A DNA stretch of 64,000 bases from Lingula anatina. Lineage: Eukaryota > Animalia > Brachiopoda. The notes under the pieces were generated by a model, which did no database searches, was not told the origin of the DNA, and saw nothing but the letters and a program-made list of their open reading frames with translations. Each line of letters begins with the position of its first letter. Within the stretch, counting starts at the first letter, position 1. The translations under genes and the position numbers were made by a program. Positions 61,878-64,000 of the stretch are shown here, piece by piece. The DNA is taken from contig CM120645.1 in the NCBI GenBank assembly GCA_051362555.1, positions 12,524,001-12,588,000 of the forward strand. Direction: 5' to 3'.

Positions 61878-62445
61878 TTTTTATGTACAGACACAGATGT
61901 GTCTGTACATATTGCCATCACCTGCGTCTGTCGTCGCCGTCGCCGATCATGTCGCCGTCGCCGTCGCCGTGCACTTTCAGCGTTAACACCATAAGTGGAA
62001 GACAGTTTTACTTTTTGGCTTTATATTTACAGAGCTGATGAATATTCATAAAACACAGGTCAAGTTCGAAAATCAGCATGATCGGGCCATTATTGTAGAA
62101 TTTATGCTGTTTTTTCACTTTTCAGCATATATGCAACACTGTTAACACATTTCAAGGAAAACTGATAGGCCTGTTGTCATGAAACTCACAGGAGTAATCA
62201 ATCTTACTAAAACGCAGATCAAGTTAGAAAATCGGCATGATCGGGCCACTATATTAGTAGTTATGCTGTTTTTCACTTTTCAGCACATATGCAACACTGT
62301 TAACACATTTCAAGGAAAACCCATAGGCCTGTTGTCATGAAACTCACAGGAGTAATCAATCTTCCTAATACGCAGGTCAAGTTTGAAAATCGGCATAATC
62401 AGACCATTATTTTATAAGTTATGCTGTTTTTTCACATTTCCTCAG
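61878..62445 (+). mobile_element. Helentron/HINE-like non-autonomous element with internal ~155-bp tandem repeats
   Basis: T-run, palindrome atgtacagacac...gtgtctgtacat, (GTCGCC)n microsatellite, then about three units containing caagtt.gaaaatc.gcat.atc. Confidence 0.6.
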
Positions 62446-63359
62446 ATTCAATTCTTAGGCATGTTAACAGTCTCATTATTTAATTAATAAGATACGTAAA
62501 AGTGTTTGTTTGACATTTCCTGCATCTTTACAACATTGTTAGTTGATTACTTAAAAATAATGGTTAATTTGTTATCGTGTATTGTGTAATAAAGTTTCAA
62601 AAATGGAAATAAACTTATATCACTGCAGTTTGTAAGATTCAATCATTCACTATGTTCAGAAACTCAGAATGGAGGAAATTGGACATTTAACACTGCTCTA
62701 TTGATATTTTTCCCCATCTCATCAATTTTCTTAGTTGATCATATAAAAATGGCAGTAAACTGTTAATTTTGTTTTATGTTAAAAAATGTTAACAAGGCAG
62801 CAAAGCTGTCAAATGTACAGACAAAAAACAGAAAATAAAGATGCAAAAAAGGTCATTTTGTCAATTTTGATGCAATAATAAATAATGCTTATAATAGCAC
62901 TGTCAGTCAACACTGAATTTTAATCTTGCACAACAGGTAACATGGTCAATAACAGGAGCGGACCCAGAGATATTTTCTGACAGTATTACAAAGTATCTAT
63001 GTTGATCCATCCTCCATTTTGATGGTCTTCCAACAGAAAAAAATAGATACCAGTCAATATAAACTTAATAACCTGACTGTCTTCCGGAAGACCCAGAAGA
63101 TGGTCTCAATCCACCCCTTCAATAAGATTACAGTTTCAGGACCATGAGAGTTCAAATTCACATTATGAAAGTCTCAATATTTGAAAAATGATGACAGTGC
63201 ATAAAATAATATTACATAATGTTTAAAGACATAAAAAACAATACAACTGCTTATGTAGAAATACAGAAAATGTGCAGAGCCCCAGGCAGATGAGAGCCTG
63301 CCTGGGGCTAAAAGTCACAAATGCAAGTGTTTGAGAAAAAATTATAAAGGAAAACAACA

Positions 63360-63600
63360 AAACTAGAAAAGCACTTTGAGAGTGCAGACCTCTGCCAAGG
63401 CAGCAATTGTTGATTATTATTGATAATTGATTGATTATTGATCCGGACCACCACCAAAAATTAATCATTGTCCTCCTTGGCCCACTTCCGACAGTTCCTG
63501 AAAATTTCTGCAAAATCAGTCCACAACTTTTTGTGTTATGTGGATGACAGACAAACAGGGGTGAAAATATAACCTCCTTGGCAAAGCTTGAGGTAAATAT
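63360..63600 (-). mobile_element. Short HINE/MITE-like interspersed repeat; related piece at ~58235-58520
   Basis: aactagaaaagcact...ataacctccttggc...gaggtaa layout with internal gatccggaccaccaccaaaa; family recognised by pattern only. Confidence 0.4.
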
Positions 63601-64000
63601 AATTCCAATGAAGCTGCTATTCAAACTTTTAATCTTCCAGTTTGAATTTAAAACTTATTTGCAATATTAAACAAAATTTACCTGCATAATTATCACTGCT
63701 TCCTTATTATTAATCTAGCAAAGAGCTTTACCTTTGGGAGTTTACAGGGAAATATCAACAAGTGTGCTTTACGTAATCTCATTTAATGGCCTATTAAAGC
63801 AAATGACTTTATAACTCTGAAATTAATCTAGTGATACCCAAGGGTAATTTACAGACTGACCCACTCAAAGGTCTTCAGGCCCATAAGTCACACCTTAAGA
63901 AAAGCACAAAACCATAATGCCCAAAATAGGAGACTACCAATCCTGATGCAATAATACATTATGTTTAACTGCACAGTCAACATCAACTTATGCACAACAG

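Overview
AT-rich metazoan genomic DNA with GT-AG introns. A mollusc or other lophotrochozoan is a guess from gene and repeat style only. Host genes reconstructed by eye: an 11-exon SSUH2 homolog (minus, 880-20902), TMA7 (minus, 24031-25941), a divergent ornithine-decarboxylase-family gene (minus, 28417-30926), a small secreted Tyr/Gly/Arg-rich protein (plus, 54255-54482) and a 6-exon UCP-like SLC25 carrier (plus, 58759-61840). A tandem array of 12 tRNA-Pro(TGG)-derived copies lies at 33352-45928; one copy is disrupted by nested transposons. The highlight is a very young, full-length 10.9-kb Ty3/Gypsy LTR retrotransposon (5118-16018, minus) inside an SSUH2 intron. It has apparently identical 279-bp LTRs, a CATT target-site duplication, a PBS and a PPT. 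Its gag starts with a helix-hairpin-helix motif, gag-pol is joined by a UUUAAAC slippery site plus a predicted pseudoknot, and integrase ends in a PHD finger. In the env position, behind a splice acceptor, it carries a third gene encoding a TatD-family nuclease with all metal-ligand motifs intact. All calls come from manual reading; no database searches or folding programs were run.
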